A stretch of 64,000 bases of DNA from Owenia fusiformis (Eukaryota). Under the pieces are notes generated by a model. It searched no databases and was not told the DNA's origin. It saw only the letters and a program-made list of their open reading frames with translations. Position numbers and translations under genes: made by a program. Shown here piece by piece: positions 12,575 to 26,019 of this stretch (positions within the stretch are counted from its first letter, which is position 1; the number at the start of each line of letters is the position of its first letter). The DNA lies in contig CAIIXF020000001.1 of the NCBI GenBank assembly GCA_903813345.2, forward strand, positions 32,116,001 through 32,180,000, read 5' to 3'.

Positions 12575-12926
12575 GGCTACATGTAACTCAGTCATAGAAT
12601 CTATGCTAATATCATGGCTTGGCATCATGGACCTCTATCTATAGAGGACCATGGTAATAACTAGAAGAATGATATACTAGTAATCTCTTCAAGACTGAAA
12701 ACCCCAAAAAATTACAGTTTTTAATCCAGATTTTTATGGTCTTATTTACACAGTGTAAGGATCAAACAACACTCTAAAACCTGCTTTTATTTGTATATTT
12801 CACCACACCATCCTGTAAAAATAATACTCTGGTAAAAATCACATCCAGACAGGTTATAAAACTGCATTTAAATCACAATTTACAGTAATTATCCAATCTG
12901 TTATTATTATATGGTCTATTATTAAA

Positions 12927-13607
12927 GGTGCCATGGAAGTTAACAGGAAATGACAAAACAAAAAGTTTCAAAACCATGCTGTATTTTGAAATTTTTTGAA
13001 CCAAAATGACATAGTTCAGTTTTGACCTCCAGTCAGTTTAACTAGTTCCACATATCATTTACATGACCAGGAACACAATGGAAATGGTCAGAATGACCCT
13101 AAACATGATGAAATAACCTTTTCAGCCGTCTGAAAATGTGACTGAAAAATAGCTAAAAGTAGGCGCTTAGGAAAGGTCACTGAACAGAAACTGAAACTAA
13201 AATGGCGGTCATAAAAAGGAAAATAGATCGCTTTTCAATTAAGTTTTTTTCATTTTTTTTCTTTTTATATGAATGACATCAACTTTTCAAAATTGTATCA
13301 TTTAGAGCACTATATTGGGCACTTTTTCTGAAAAATTCAAAAGATTCTGTACAGTGACTTTTCCTAAGCGCCTACTTTTAGCTATTTTTCAGTCACATTT
13401 TCAGAGGGCTGAAAAAATTATTTCATCATGTTTAGGGTCATTTTGACCATGAACATTGTGATCCTGGTCATGTAAATGACACGTGGAACTAACTAAACTG
13501 ACTGGAGGTCAAAGCAGAACTCTGTTATCTTGGTTCAAAAAATTTTCAAAATCCAGCATGGCTTTGTCACTTTTTGTTGTGTCACTTCCTGTTAACTACC
13601 ACCGCAC
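12927..13607. mobile_element. Foldback MITE (Kolobok-like, TTAA target), copy 1
   Basis: Long palindromic arms starting ggtgccatggaagttaacaggaa. Ends at TTAA 13608-13611. Confidence 0.8.
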
Positions 13608-13611
13608 TTAA

Positions 13612-14249
13612 GGTGCCATGGAAGTTAACAGGAAATGACAAAACAAAAAGTGACAAACCATGCTGGATTTTCCAAAATTTTTGAACCGAGATAACAGAGT
13701 TCTATTTGGACCTCCAGTTAGTTTAACTAGTTCCACATATCATTTACATGCATGACTGGGAACACAATGGAAATGGTCAGAATGACCATAAACATTTTGA
13801 AATAACCTTTTCAGTCCTCTGAAAATGACACTGAAAAATAGCTAAGAGTTGGTGCTCAGGAAAGGTCACTGAACAGAATCTTTTGACTATTTCAGAAAAT
13901 GTGCCCAATATATTGCTTTAAATGATACAATTTAAAAAAATTTGATATCATTTTAAGAAAAAGAAAAAAATGAAAAAAACTGAATTGAAAATCGATCTAT
14001 TTTCCTTTTTACTACATCCATTTTTGTTTCAGACAATTTTTTAAAATTTCAAAATTGTATCATTTAGAGATTGGACACATTTTCTGAAAAAAAATCAAAA
14101 GATTCTGTTCATTGACCTGAAATGAAAAGGTTATTTCATCAATTTAAGGTCCAAACAGAACTCGGTTATCTTGGTACAAAAAATTTTCAAAATCCACCAT
14201 GGTTTTGTCATTTTTTGTTTTGTCATTTCCTGTTAACTTCCATGGCACC
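13612..14249. mobile_element. Foldback MITE (Kolobok-like), copy 2, adjacent to copy 1
   Basis: TTAA|GGTGCCATGG...CCATGGCACC|TTAA. Confidence 0.85.
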
Positions 14250-15390
14250 TTAAGTTGAATCACATATTAAACCTTTACAGCCATGTCTTATGTCAGCTTA
14301 TCTCAAGTTTTTCATAAACTGGCACGCAGTTGAGAATAATCATAAGAATGTTTCTTGTGGCTAGCTGTTTTGCTAAAACTCTGATTTGTATTACTTCCCC
14401 CATAAACCAGATATGATTAAAAAGCTGCCAAGGATCCTGAAGAAAATATAGGGTACCATTATCCATTATTTGGCCATTGGGCAAACATTTTCCTAGCATC
14501 ACTTTCAAGGAATAAGCCACAGAATGTTATTAATATTGAATTAAATATTCCACACATTGATAACACTGACGTTCTGAAAACCCCTAAAAACACAAATGAT
14601 GTGAAACACATTCTACCTGTAGCTAAATATACTATCAAGAATAAGCTAGGTCGACAGACTTACAAAATAGAGCATTCTTTTGCCAAAATCTGTCAATGTT
14701 CATGCAGAGAAATGAATCAATAACAGTGGTTTTAATGGAGAGTGCTGTTTGATCCCTACCTATGATTTAGGTGGACTTGAGAGGTGGAATCTACATGAGT
14801 GTATCTATATTATGACTACATGAACAACTGTATGTACATGTACATGACTTTAAAGCGTCATCTCACAGTCTGACCTTCTATTTTAAGTTATAAATCCAAA
14901 TGTATATCTTAATTTTACTGCTCATGCTCAAATATTAAAAGTGAGGCAGTGGTTTGGCAATCTTAGTAAATTTTATAATAGTCTCAGCCTTGACCCACTT
15001 TTGGGGATAACCAGATTTTTATCTCATTTTTGATCGGTTGTTATTTTAATTGATCAGGAAAGGACCATTCTCGTTTTGGATCTAATGAAGTTCATTGGCT
15101 TATCTTGACGTTATCAATGTCACCAACAATTTTGATTTTTTACATAGTTAGTTATCTCAGATGTATTGAACAATTTTATTGGTGTCATTGATTTCTTTAT
15201 AAAGTGGCTGTTCTCCTGCCATCTTTGCAGTACCTAAAACTTGAAATCCTAGTTCATTTAATTATACCCATTTCTTTTGTCACCCATCGTGCCTATGTTG
15301 TTTGTCTAATAATGTTTAATGTTAAAGTAAGTACATGATGTATCTTCTACTGTTTACTAATTCTTTTCAACCATTTATTTTTATTTACAG

Positions 15391-15393
15391 GAG
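15391..15393 (+). CDS. CABLES1: Candidate 3-nt CABLES microexon (GAG)
   Basis: tactaat branch point, long pyrimidine tract, tttacAG|GAG|GTAAGC. Frame-neutral. Confidence 0.5.
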
Positions 15394-16023
15394 GTAAGCA
15401 ATTATTTCTCATTGTTGAGTGTCAAGATGGATAGTCTAGTTTTTCTCCATAATTTCACATTTGATTGATTATGATTAGACTGCAATACTCATGTTGTGGC
15501 AGTGACTTTTCTATTAAAATCATTCAAATTAGATTGGATACAACTCTTATTCTATACCCAATTAACTTATTACTTGTATATTTTTTTTATTGTTTGATTA
15601 ATTAAAATTCTCAGGCTTGTACCATGTTGAAGCAAGTAAGCCAAAGAAACAAATGTATTTCACAATTAATGACTATTTCAAAAAATCTTACCCTAGCTCC
15701 CCTTAAGCTTTATAGTATACTCATTGTATAGTTTACTATAGTGCCTTGCCCTATTTTGGGAATAAATTAATTTTATCTCAGTACGGGTAAAGCATGAGGT
15801 ACGAGCCTGGTTGTCTTCAATAGTTTAGAATTTAGATTAACTTACTATATTATTTCCAATGTATTATGGTTTAAGTATGGATTTTATTAAGAGAAGTAGC
15901 TTGGTTTAATCATCTTCCTTTAGATACTCTTACCTCCTCCTACCTACACAGAGATTTATTATAACAATATCTCAAACACTGCATAGTAATAACAGTTCAC
16001 CTCTGTAATGTATTTAAATAATA

Positions 16024-17019
16024 TAGGGTGGTCCAAAAATAGTGAAGCCCTGCAACAGGCTATATTTTCCTTAATACTTGCACAAATAGACTCATATTTT
16101 CATATGTTGTAGAGAAAGGTCTAAAATTTTGGTTGATGCCATAATTTAATCTCAGTCTTTAATTTTGAAGAAATTACAAGAGTTTAGCAAACATGACTGA
16201 AAATTAGATATTGTGCAAAATTTTACCAATGTGATTCACATAAATTGTTGAAACATATTGGATGATCTTAAACAGCTTTCAGTTAGAGATACAAGTTTAA
16301 AACCCTACCATATGACAAAAGGGACACTATTTAAGCAGAAAACACATTTCACACTTTCATTGATCATTTTGAAGCAGTTTTAAACGTTCAACAGTTCAGG
16401 GGTATGTTACCTACACCAACAGTTAGAGGAGGGCCTCTTGTGGAAGGAAGTTGCCCCCTGTGACCAGGAATCTGAGTAGCCCTTTATCAAATATCTTTAA
16501 AAGATCAAAAGAAATCTAATAATCAATGTTTTGAGCCATATTTCATTAGAATCCGTCTATGATTTATGAAGATATTAACATTTCAAGATCATATAGGGGT
16601 ATATGTTTGCGATTTCACTGAAAAATGTTATCGTCTATGGAAGCTTAGAACATTTCTTTGGATCACAAGAACTTTGCAACTAACAAAGGTAGGATGCTAG
16701 TTTTAAGCCATAATGTGCGGGATTCAAGATTGAACAAAGTGAGAAAATATTAGTTCTTTAAGACTGCAGCTTAAAAAATGTCAGGGGAAGGGTGTTGAAG
16801 GGTTGAAGAATCGCGGACATTGAAAATCACATTTTATCCATTTTCAGTAATATTTGGTTAGGGCTTATAATTTCTGCAAATTTGAAGACTAAGAAAAATG
16901 TATGGTACCAACATAAATTTTAGACCTTCCTCTACAACATGTGAAAATATAAAATAATTCCTGCAAGTAATAAGGGAAATATGGCCTGTTGCAGGGGTTC
17001 ACTTTTTTGGACCACCCTG
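16024..17019. mobile_element. Tc1/mariner-like non-autonomous element with TA TSD
   Basis: TA|tagggtggtccaaaaa ... ttttttggaccaccctg|TA. About 200-bp imperfect TIRs. Confidence 0.8.
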
Positions 17020-17236
17020 TATAAAAACACTAGGCTTTAGAAAGATATTTTTATTTTTTGAAGGTATTGATCAATATTGGATTAATTAATTAATTAATTT
17101 TAGATAGGGTAATTCGGACCATTGAGCAATATGGCTTATTAATATAAAAGCATGATAATGTTTTTGTTAGACTTCTATCAGTCTTCCCAGTTCTGACATA
17201 ATATTATGTTGAATGTGTTTTATTTTTATTGCTTAG

Positions 17237-17275
17237 AGAACTTCAAGATTCCAGTGCTATCAGCAAACATGTGAG
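17237..17275 (+). CDS. CABLES1: CABLES small exon (ELQDSSAISKHV)
   Basis: gcttAG..AG|GTATA, 39 nt, phase 2-2, open in frame. Poorly conserved region. Confidence 0.55.
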
Positions 17276-18124
17276 GTATAAAGCAACCAAATGGTTTAAG
17301 AAAAATGTTCTGTTATATCTATATATGGAACAGAAAAACATGTTTGCACTTAATGTTGTATACGATATTTTGTAGTCTTGTATAGCCTCTGGTCCCCAAC
17401 CCTTGCCTTTTCATCTCCCCAGATTTGTGTAGAGGGGTGCACTGTTGGGGGGGGGGGGGAGGCGCAGAGACTCAATGCAAAACTAGAAATTTGGGTGTCA
17501 TAGAAAATGAAATATAATTCGTGCAACCATGTCATATGAGTGGCAATTCTTTAGTCAAAATATGTTCTCGCATTTTCATTGTGCAAATGGTGGCAGTTAT
17601 AGACATCATCTTCAAATAAAAAATGACACGTTTGCATAATATGACATCATACTGTCACATACTATATTTATTATTCCCTGTTATATTCCTCACTTATATT
17701 AATGGAATAACAAACTATTGATTATAATTAATCATAACAATCTACTCCTGAGGACACAAATATTTAATTCTATTAATGTGAATACCTGTGCATCTTTCAC
17801 AAGTGATATTCCACAAAGGGCTAGTGGAATATCCAGGTATTCACCAAAAATAGAATTAAATATTTGTTTTATTATTCACTGTTATATTCATTCCTCACTC
17901 ATTAATGGAATAACAAACTATAAGAGCTGTCAAGTGTCCCGCGAATGGCGAGATTATCCCATGAATTTGATCAAAATATTTTCGAAACAAATGCGTGATA
18001 TATACACATATTTTGTACCAAATGCGTGACATAAATGGCAAGCGCGTGCAAAGAGCGAACGAAATGCGTTCGCTTTTTTCGCCTTTCGGTATTTTACCGT
18101 GTCGGCATTTCAGTCATATTTTAG

Positions 18125-18660
18125 ATTTTGGCTATTTTCTGAGGATTTAAACAGGTGCATATATTAGGCCAATGCATTATCTCCAGGTAAAGCACTCAGA
18201 GATGGTAAAATAATTTCGTCTTTGAGACAGGGGAGATGGAAACAACCCACCCACATGTTTTTTCTGAAATGTTGTCCTGATTTTCAACCCCTTCCACCCC
18301 TGCTTTTTAAGTTTTATTGCCTCAATATGTTGCGTTTTCTCCCATGTTATTTTCCCACAGGGAAAAGTCATGCGATCCATTGCTTTCAGCTAATTTTGGT
18401 CACCCATAATGGATATCTTTAAAACCCCTGAAGAATTACTTATTCCTTTAAATGGGTTAACTGTGTGTCAAAACACAACATATTAATACAAAAATTGAAT
18501 AAGCAGGGGAAATAAAAGGGGTTTGAAAATCAGGACATTTCAGGAAAAACATTTGTGTGGGTTGTTTGCATCTTTCCTGTATCAAAGTCAAAATTATTTA
18601 GTTATCTCTACTATGAGTGCTTTTCAGTTCTTTTCAGTTTATTCTCCTGGCCTGATAACT
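18125..18660. repeat. Degenerate foldback repeat with a related copy at about 30690-30970
   Basis: 18200-18340 is inverted to 18470-18620. Shared sequence with 30690-30970. Confidence 0.6.
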
Positions 18661-19336
18661 CAATTGATATTGGTATTTTTTCATAAATCTGTAATTTATC
18701 CAATTTAAGATTTGCACGATTCTTTATATTTTCAATATTGCATGTTTTCAAAGTCTAAAATATTCACATGTTTTAGTACATTTAAAGATGTTATTCACAA
18801 TTGTGATTTCGGTATACACGTGCATGTACTTATGTTCGAGATATTTCACATTTACACTTTACACCAGTTTGGATCTTGTTCAATCACATCTTATTCATTC
18901 CTTTGGTTTGGTTTGAAAATGGTTTGATCTATAAAATCACCAATACTCCTATCAGTAACATGGTGTCACAATACAGCAATACTAATTAACCATTGAATTT
19001 ATTGTTGCATCATTTTGTTGTTTTATTGATATTTATTTAATCTAATTACATGAAAAATAATCCCTCTTAGTCTCTAAGTCTTTTTTTATTATTTACTTTG
19101 CATTTACCTCTGATGAATACTTCTTATTTGTTGCATAAACTATAAAAAACAACATTCCGAATCAATATCTTATCAATGTAACTTATTCTTCTTCTACAGT
19201 AGTATTTTTGTTAAAAGCAAGAAAAAAGACCAATGCAGCTAAGCTAAGTAATTATAATGCAACCATATTTGAATGTTTTTGAAATTTGAATTTTGAATTT
19301 CATATCTTCCAATTCATAAAAGGTGTCCACTTTCAG

Positions 19337-19443
19337 GGCTGTGACATATTCAGGGGATAAAGAGAGGTACCACCACAAGAGGAAGCTGCTCCACCAAGCA
19401 GGCATCCTTGACACTACTGGCAAAGACAGCCAAGAAAATTTAG
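19337..19443 (+). CDS. CABLES1: CABLES exon (AVTYSGDKERYHHKRKLL...)
   Basis: ctttcAG acceptor, GTATAG donor, phase 2-1, open and phase-compatible with neighbours. Confidence 0.7.
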
Positions 19444-19871
19444 GTATAGAGCTGCTTAGAACCATTTTTATAGAACTATTTTTAATGGCTTTATAATCCA
19501 TTTGGGTAAAAAATTCTCACAAGAATATAAATGAAGAAGTTATTACCAGGTCCCCAAAAAATAAAATTTTAAATTTACAATAATGCTTTAATTGTGCTTA
19601 AGATCATGAAATAAGCGCCTGTTGGATGAAATTGCATACATACTGTATATACATATAACATGCATACATACTACCTACAAAAGCTACATCAATTTGATGT
19701 CATGTCAAATTTTATACATGTTACACTAGTACATTACGTAAAAATGTAGAAATTGTCTTTTCTGCACAGTATACACTCTGCGTCATGTGCCTACTTGATT
19801 ATTTTACTTGTAATTATGATATTGAAATAAATATAACATAACATAATGTTTTCATGAAAAATATTTTCTAG

Positions 19872-20001
19872 TTACGCGACGTAGAAGACGTCACTCTAGT
19901 TCACAGTCTACCAGTTCAACAGATTCAACAGTAGCACCAAGTATAACAACTAAAAAGGAAGTGAGATTTCTTACAAGCAAAGACAGAATCAAACATGAGA
20001 G
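19872..20001 (+). CDS. CABLES1: CABLES exon (TRRRRRHSSSQS...KHER)
   Basis: ttttctAG / GTAAC, phase 1-2. Confidence 0.8.
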
Positions 20002-20730
20002 GTAACAATATCGGGCAGATTCATTTTAGTCTTGCATCAAGCCTTTGTTACTTTCACACTTACTGGAGATTGGAGATGAGGTGAAGGGATCCAGAGACCT
20101 GATGCAAGACAAAGGGGAAAGTGGTGTCATAATGTTGGTCTGAGTGTGACAAAGTATATTTGTGGTTTTACGAGTAGTAAGAATGGTGAAATTTGCTATC
20201 GCAAGAGCTGAATGGAAGTTAGGTATTGTCTACCATTTTTAAGATATGAATATGTCTGGTGACTGTTCATATTGCACATATAGAATACTGATGTGTGAAT
20301 TTCCTCGTGTACTAAAGAGAATTGCTTTTCATATCTCGTTATATTAACACTTGGCATGATGGTTTCAGATTGCCTTAAATGTAGTGATAACTGCGTGTCA
20401 TTTTATTATTACATGTGTATCATACACATAATTGTGGCGTTATCTAAGTTGTTATCAGGCATTTTTCTACTAAACACTGCACAACCAAAACCCTGATGGG
20501 GTTAGGGCTAAAGAATGCCTTGAGAGATGCAATTACAGAATTATGTCTACATGAAATTAGTAGCAACTGGCATAAATACTCCATATTAAGAATATCGCAA
20601 ATGCATTTCTCTTTGGCAATATCTTACTGCCCAAATGAAACATTGTTGTAGCTGTGTTGTGTATCATTATATACTTACATTTTAGGAAAGCCTTTGAAAT
20701 ACTAACGATACTTTATGTTTTGTTGTTCAG

Positions 20731-20817
20731 GTTTGTTGTTTTGTCACATAGAAAGGCACCATTGGCCGTGTGTTCAGTCCTGCCTTATAACAGACGTCAT
20801 GCTTACGGAAGGCCCAA
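20731..20817 (+). CDS. CABLES1: CABLES exon (FVVLSHRKAPLAVCSVLPY)
   Basis: Conserved SVLPY motif. ttcAG / GTATGT. Confidence 0.9.
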
Positions 20818-23631
20818 GTATGTATACCCTTGACATCATATTATGATAGGGCTACTTCATGGGAAAAACCTGACAAATATTGACTGATTAATAATAATAT
20901 TAGTACTTCATCTATAGCTATGTGTATAGACCCAATAGTCTTTTTTTAAAAGAGGTTTGAAAAGAATATGTGCTCAGTAAGAAGTCATAGTTTATTTAGT
21001 ATAGTATAGATATGTTGTTTACAGTTATCAGTGACATATTGTTATTGTCTCCAACTCTTTTGTGGATGGTGTTCGGTGGTCGGCATTCAGCAGCCATAAC
21101 AAATGGAAGGTGGTGACATTTTGCATGTTAATGCCTTGTCTCACAAGCAGTCAGTGATGTTAGTTTTTTCATGCAAAGCGCTCCATCTTTTTATCAGATG
21201 TATTCTTATATTTCCAATCAACAGTGGGATTGCATGGCTTTTCGATAACACACGGGGTAGCTTGCATATGTTTTGCATCCTCCCATTCCTGCCAATGAGT
21301 CTGTACAAAAGTTATTTTTAGTTGGGTAAAATGATTTTCAGTTTATATTTTCTACATGTGCATATTTTGAAATTGTTGCCTGGATTTCATATTTGCTATG
21401 TACATGAACTATAATAGCCTGATACTTTACAATGCATATATGGCACATTTTTGGAAATCTTGTTTCTTAAATCTGAATTTTAGATAGAATAATAAATACG
21501 ATTATTAAGATGATGGAAATGAGGAAAACTCTTTTACTTAAAGATGTAAAGGATGTGTCCGGGTATATGCACTTTTGGTCCCTCGGTCAAATGTATGTGA
21601 AATATGTTTTTTATTATATTTACTTTTTCTTGAGTTTTGATGCATAAGCATTTGCTGAGAGTCAGAATAAGTATCTTAACAACAAAAAAATAGTCATTAT
21701 CATAGAAAAAACACCAGTGGCAACATGTATGACATACAAAGAAGAAATAACTTAAGACCCATGAAGAATTAAAAAGAAAAACAAATTTTTGAAATATATT
21801 TAAGGATTAAATTTTTTTTCAAATTTTTGAATTTCCCGCCAGTTTAATTTGAAGGGAGAAAAACAAGATGGTTGCCATTTGATGTAAGAAATATCAGAAA
21901 AAAAGTTGCTTCACTTTTAGTTTTCACAATGAGCACAGTTTTCCGGTTTAGGTTTTTTGACTGATTCTGACTCTTCATCACCAGGGTCATGTATAGAGAT
22001 TATAAAATTGAAATCAAAATGTTGTGCTCAGCATGAATTTGACTGAAATAATATGTGTAACTTCACCAACACAATTGAAGTCTCAAAACTGGATGCTCAG
22101 TAACTTTGAGTGACTATAATCCCTTGATTACCCAGATATACACCAATTCACTTATCCAGAAATACCATTTAATGTCTATACAAAGAAAGTAACCAATGTT
22201 TTGGCAGATATGTTTCAAACATTTTGCATAAATAATTCATTTAATATTTGCCATTGATTTTTTTTCAATAGTATAGTTTCTAAATAGCTAAATAAAGCTG
22301 AATAAAGCTGACATAATAGATGTCACCTTTGTACATCTTGGGCCAACCTTCCATTGAGTTCTATGCTAAAAGCTAATTGCAATAGTCACTTAATTTCATG
22401 ATTTATCAAAGAGTGTCAGTTAAATCTGTCTGAAATTTGGATGGCATACTATTAAATGACCCTGTCAATGATTATATTGTGATTAAATATGAAAATGTTG
22501 GTTGTCATACGATCAAACCATGGTTTTAAAGAATTTTAGCATAACATCAATGGAGATTTGGCCCAAGTTTTTTAAAATGCCATGGAGAATGATTTAAATG
22601 GCATAAATGTTCAAACCAAAGCTATTATTGTAGGAAACATATCAATGAATTCAAATATGCTATTAAAAAGAAAGAAAAGTAAGTCATTAGAGGTAAAATG
22701 TGCAAATCTCTTAAAATCTCATGAAAAAACAAGAATTAGCGAGATTTCAAAATCATTTAGAAACTCCTCTAATAGAGGACAAAGTGATATGCACTGTCTT
22801 TTATGCCAATATTTTTCATCAATTGTGATACAAATTGATAGTTTGGTAATCTCAGAAGAAGTTTAATAATATGTGTGATTGAGTTGGTTTTTCAGACATT
22901 ACAATTTTCAATATTTTCTAAGTCGATACCTAGACTCATTCCCAGACTCATCCTTTAAGAGCAAAAATGGGTCCAAAACTTAATAACTGTGTAGTTTGGA
23001 TGTTCATTTATGTCTGTGGATTATATTTTATACCACAAACACTTTATACATACCTGAAATTTGCAATAAAAGTGCCCAAAAAATGTTGTTTTGAAATTCC
23101 CCATTTTTCCTGTATCGCGCTAGTCACGTGACCATTAGTCACTTACTTTTACAGTGATATGGTCTACGATAGATCAAAATTAAATTCAAGATGTTTCAAT
23201 TTAAAATGCCCTCGCAAGACGAGGTTGAAATATCGGCAATTTGATGGTGATATGGTCTACGATAGATCACGTGACCCTAATATTTTTTAAAAAATGAAAG
23301 AGATAGTGACAATATTTAATCTTATTAGTTAATACCAATATTACAAACACATATCTATATTTTCATTCTATATTTATTTCTTCATTATACATACATTTGT
23401 TTTATACTTCATTGATTCATTTTTGCAATACTTTTGCTATTAGATCTTTAATACAGTGAGGCTCCCAGGACTTGAATGCATCAAAGTAAATGTAGAGTGA
23501 TTTGATCATATGTTGATGGAGAGTTAATTTCTATACTTTATTCCATGCCATGATAGGTTTGGAAGTAAGGGACTTTGTTCTTTTTGTGTGGTCCAATACT
23601 TTGATCTTACATTTTTAAATTTATATTTCAG

Positions 23632-23734
23632 AGTGACTCATCCTAGACTTGTCCAATCAGAAACTGCAAAGAGTAGACACACCTCTACTACTGTAGACAT
23701 CTTCATACACTCTGCACAGCCACTTGAAGGACAG
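23632..23734 (+). CDS. CABLES1: CABLES exon (VTHPRL...PLEGQ)
   Basis: tttcAG / GTAAGC, phase 2-0. Confidence 0.8.
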
Positions 23735-23939
23735 GTAAGCATCTGTATTGGAGAATATTCTTGTTAGTAATAAATGAGATGTTTTAATCATTATATTGTT
23801 TCTTTGATACATGGAATAAGAAAGAGTGATGCAAAAACCAGGTACAGTGTATCATGATTCTCTATCAACCTGGTACTGAACTTTCATCAGGATTTTGATA
23901 CACTTATTATCTAGAGAGGCTTTTCCAGGTCTCCTATTT

Positions 23940-25847
23940 TTATTATGTCACCACCAAAAGTGGTGACATATTGTTATAGTCTCCGTTTTACCACCAAAAG
24001 TGGTGACATATTGTTATAGTCTCCGTTTTTTTGCGACGGCGGTTGGTGGTTGGCGTCCGGCGGTTGGCGTCCGGCGGTTGGAGGTTGGCGTCCGGCATCT
24101 GTAACAATTTCTTACAACTTCCTATAACTTAACAAATACTGTTTAGACTGACTTCAATTTTTTTCTAAATCATCTACATGTTCTCAGAAGTTCAAATCTG
24201 ACTTTAGATTTGACATTTGACCTTCGATGACCTTCTCAAGGTCTAAAAGGTCTTTTTTCAACTTGCTTCACATTGACTAAATTTTTTTTCAAAATCATCT
24301 ACATGTTCTCAGAAATTCAAATCTGACTTTAGATTTGACATTTGACCTTCAAATGTGACTTTAGATTTGACATTTGACCTTCAATGACCTTCTCAAGGTC
24401 AAAAAAGGTCAAAAAGGTCTGTTTTCAACTTGCTTCAAATTGACTAAATTTTTTTTTCAAAATCATCTACGTGTTCTCAGAAATTCAAATCTGACTTAAG
24501 ATTTGACTTAAGATTTGACATTTGACCTTCAATGACCTTCTCAAGGTCAAAAAGGTCTGTTTTCAACTTGCTTCAAATTGACTAAAAAAAATTTTCAAAA
24601 TCATCTACGTGTTCTCAGAAATTCAAATCTGACTTTAGATTTGACTTAAGATTTGACATTTGACCTTCAATGACCTTCTCAAAGTCAAAAAAGGTCAAAA
24701 AGGTCTTTTTTCAACTTGCTTCAAATTGACTAAATTTTTTTTTCAAAATCATTTACATGTTCTTGGAAATTCAAATCTGACTTTAGATTTGACATTTGAC
24801 CTTTAATGACCTTCTCAAGGTCAAAAAAGGTCAAAAAGGTCTGTTTTCAACTTGCTTCAAATTGACTAAAAATTTTTTTCAAAATCATCTACGTGTTCTC
24901 AGAAATTCAAATCTGACTTTAGATTTGACTTAAGATTTGACATTTGACCTTCAATGACCTTCTCAAAGTCAAAAAAGGTCAAAAAGGTCTTTTTTCAAAT
25001 TGCTTCAAATTGACTAAATTTTTTTCAAAATCATCTACATGTTCTCAGAAATTCAAATCTGACTTTAGATTTGACATTTGACCTTCAATGACCTTTTCAA
25101 TGTCAAAAAAGGTCAAAAAGGTATTTTTTCATCTTGCTTCAAATTGACTAAATTTTTTTTCAAAATCATCTACATGTTCTCAGAAATTCAAATATGACTT
25201 TAGATTTGACTTTAGATTTGACATTTGACCTTCAATGACCTTCTCAAGGTCAAAAAAGGTCAAAAAGGTCTTTTTTCAACTTGCTTCAAATTGACTAATT
25301 TTTTTTTTCAAAATCATCGTCTACATGTTCTCAGAAATTCAAATCTGACTTTAGATTTGACATTTGACCTTCAATGACCTTTTCAATGTCAAAAAAGGTC
25401 AAAAAGGTATTTTTTTCATCTTGCTTCAAATTGACTAAATTTTTTTTCAAAATCATCTACATGTTCTCAGAAATCCAAATATGACTTTAGATTTGACTTT
25501 AGATTTGACATTTGACCTTCAATGACCTTCTCAAGGTCAAAAAAGGTCAAAAAGGTCTTTTTTCAACTTGCTTCAAATTGACTAATTTTTTTTTTCAAAA
25601 TCATCTACATGTTCTCAGAAATTCAAATCTGACTTTAGATTTGACATTTGACCTTTAATGACCTTCTCAAGGTCAAAAAAGGTCAAAAAGGTCTGTTTTC
25701 AACTTGCTTCAAATTGACCAATTTTTTTTTCAAAATCATCTACATCTTTTCAGAAGTTCAAATTTGACTGTACAAGTTCTCTTAAGTTTGAACTCATAAT
25801 ATTGTGAACAACTAGGTGGTGACATTTTGTCATGTTAATGCCTTGTT
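23940..25847. mobile_element. Helentron/HINE (DINE-1/pearl-like) non-autonomous element carrying a ~140-bp satellite array
   Basis: Hairpin tatgtcaccac-caaaa-gtggtgacata, ggcgtccggcggtt microsatellite, about 12 tandem units (24145-25770), end ggtggtgacatt..gccttgtt. Shorter relatives at about 21025-21140 and 33724-34162. Confidence 0.75.
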
Positions 25848-26019
25848 CCTATTGAAAGGATAGGTATCGATATGGTGAACTGGATTAAACAATGTTTTTC
25901 TCTTAAACCAATTATTGAAAACATTCTGTAAAAAACACAGTCCTTTATGTAATGTTGATTGATTGTCAACAATTTAATGCGAAAATTATTTACATATATT
26001 TTATATTACTGTTTTTGTT

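Noticed and set aside
19200..19247. Extra CABLES exon after cttctacAG
   Set aside because: In the phase required by its neighbours it contains TAA, and the model is continuous without it.
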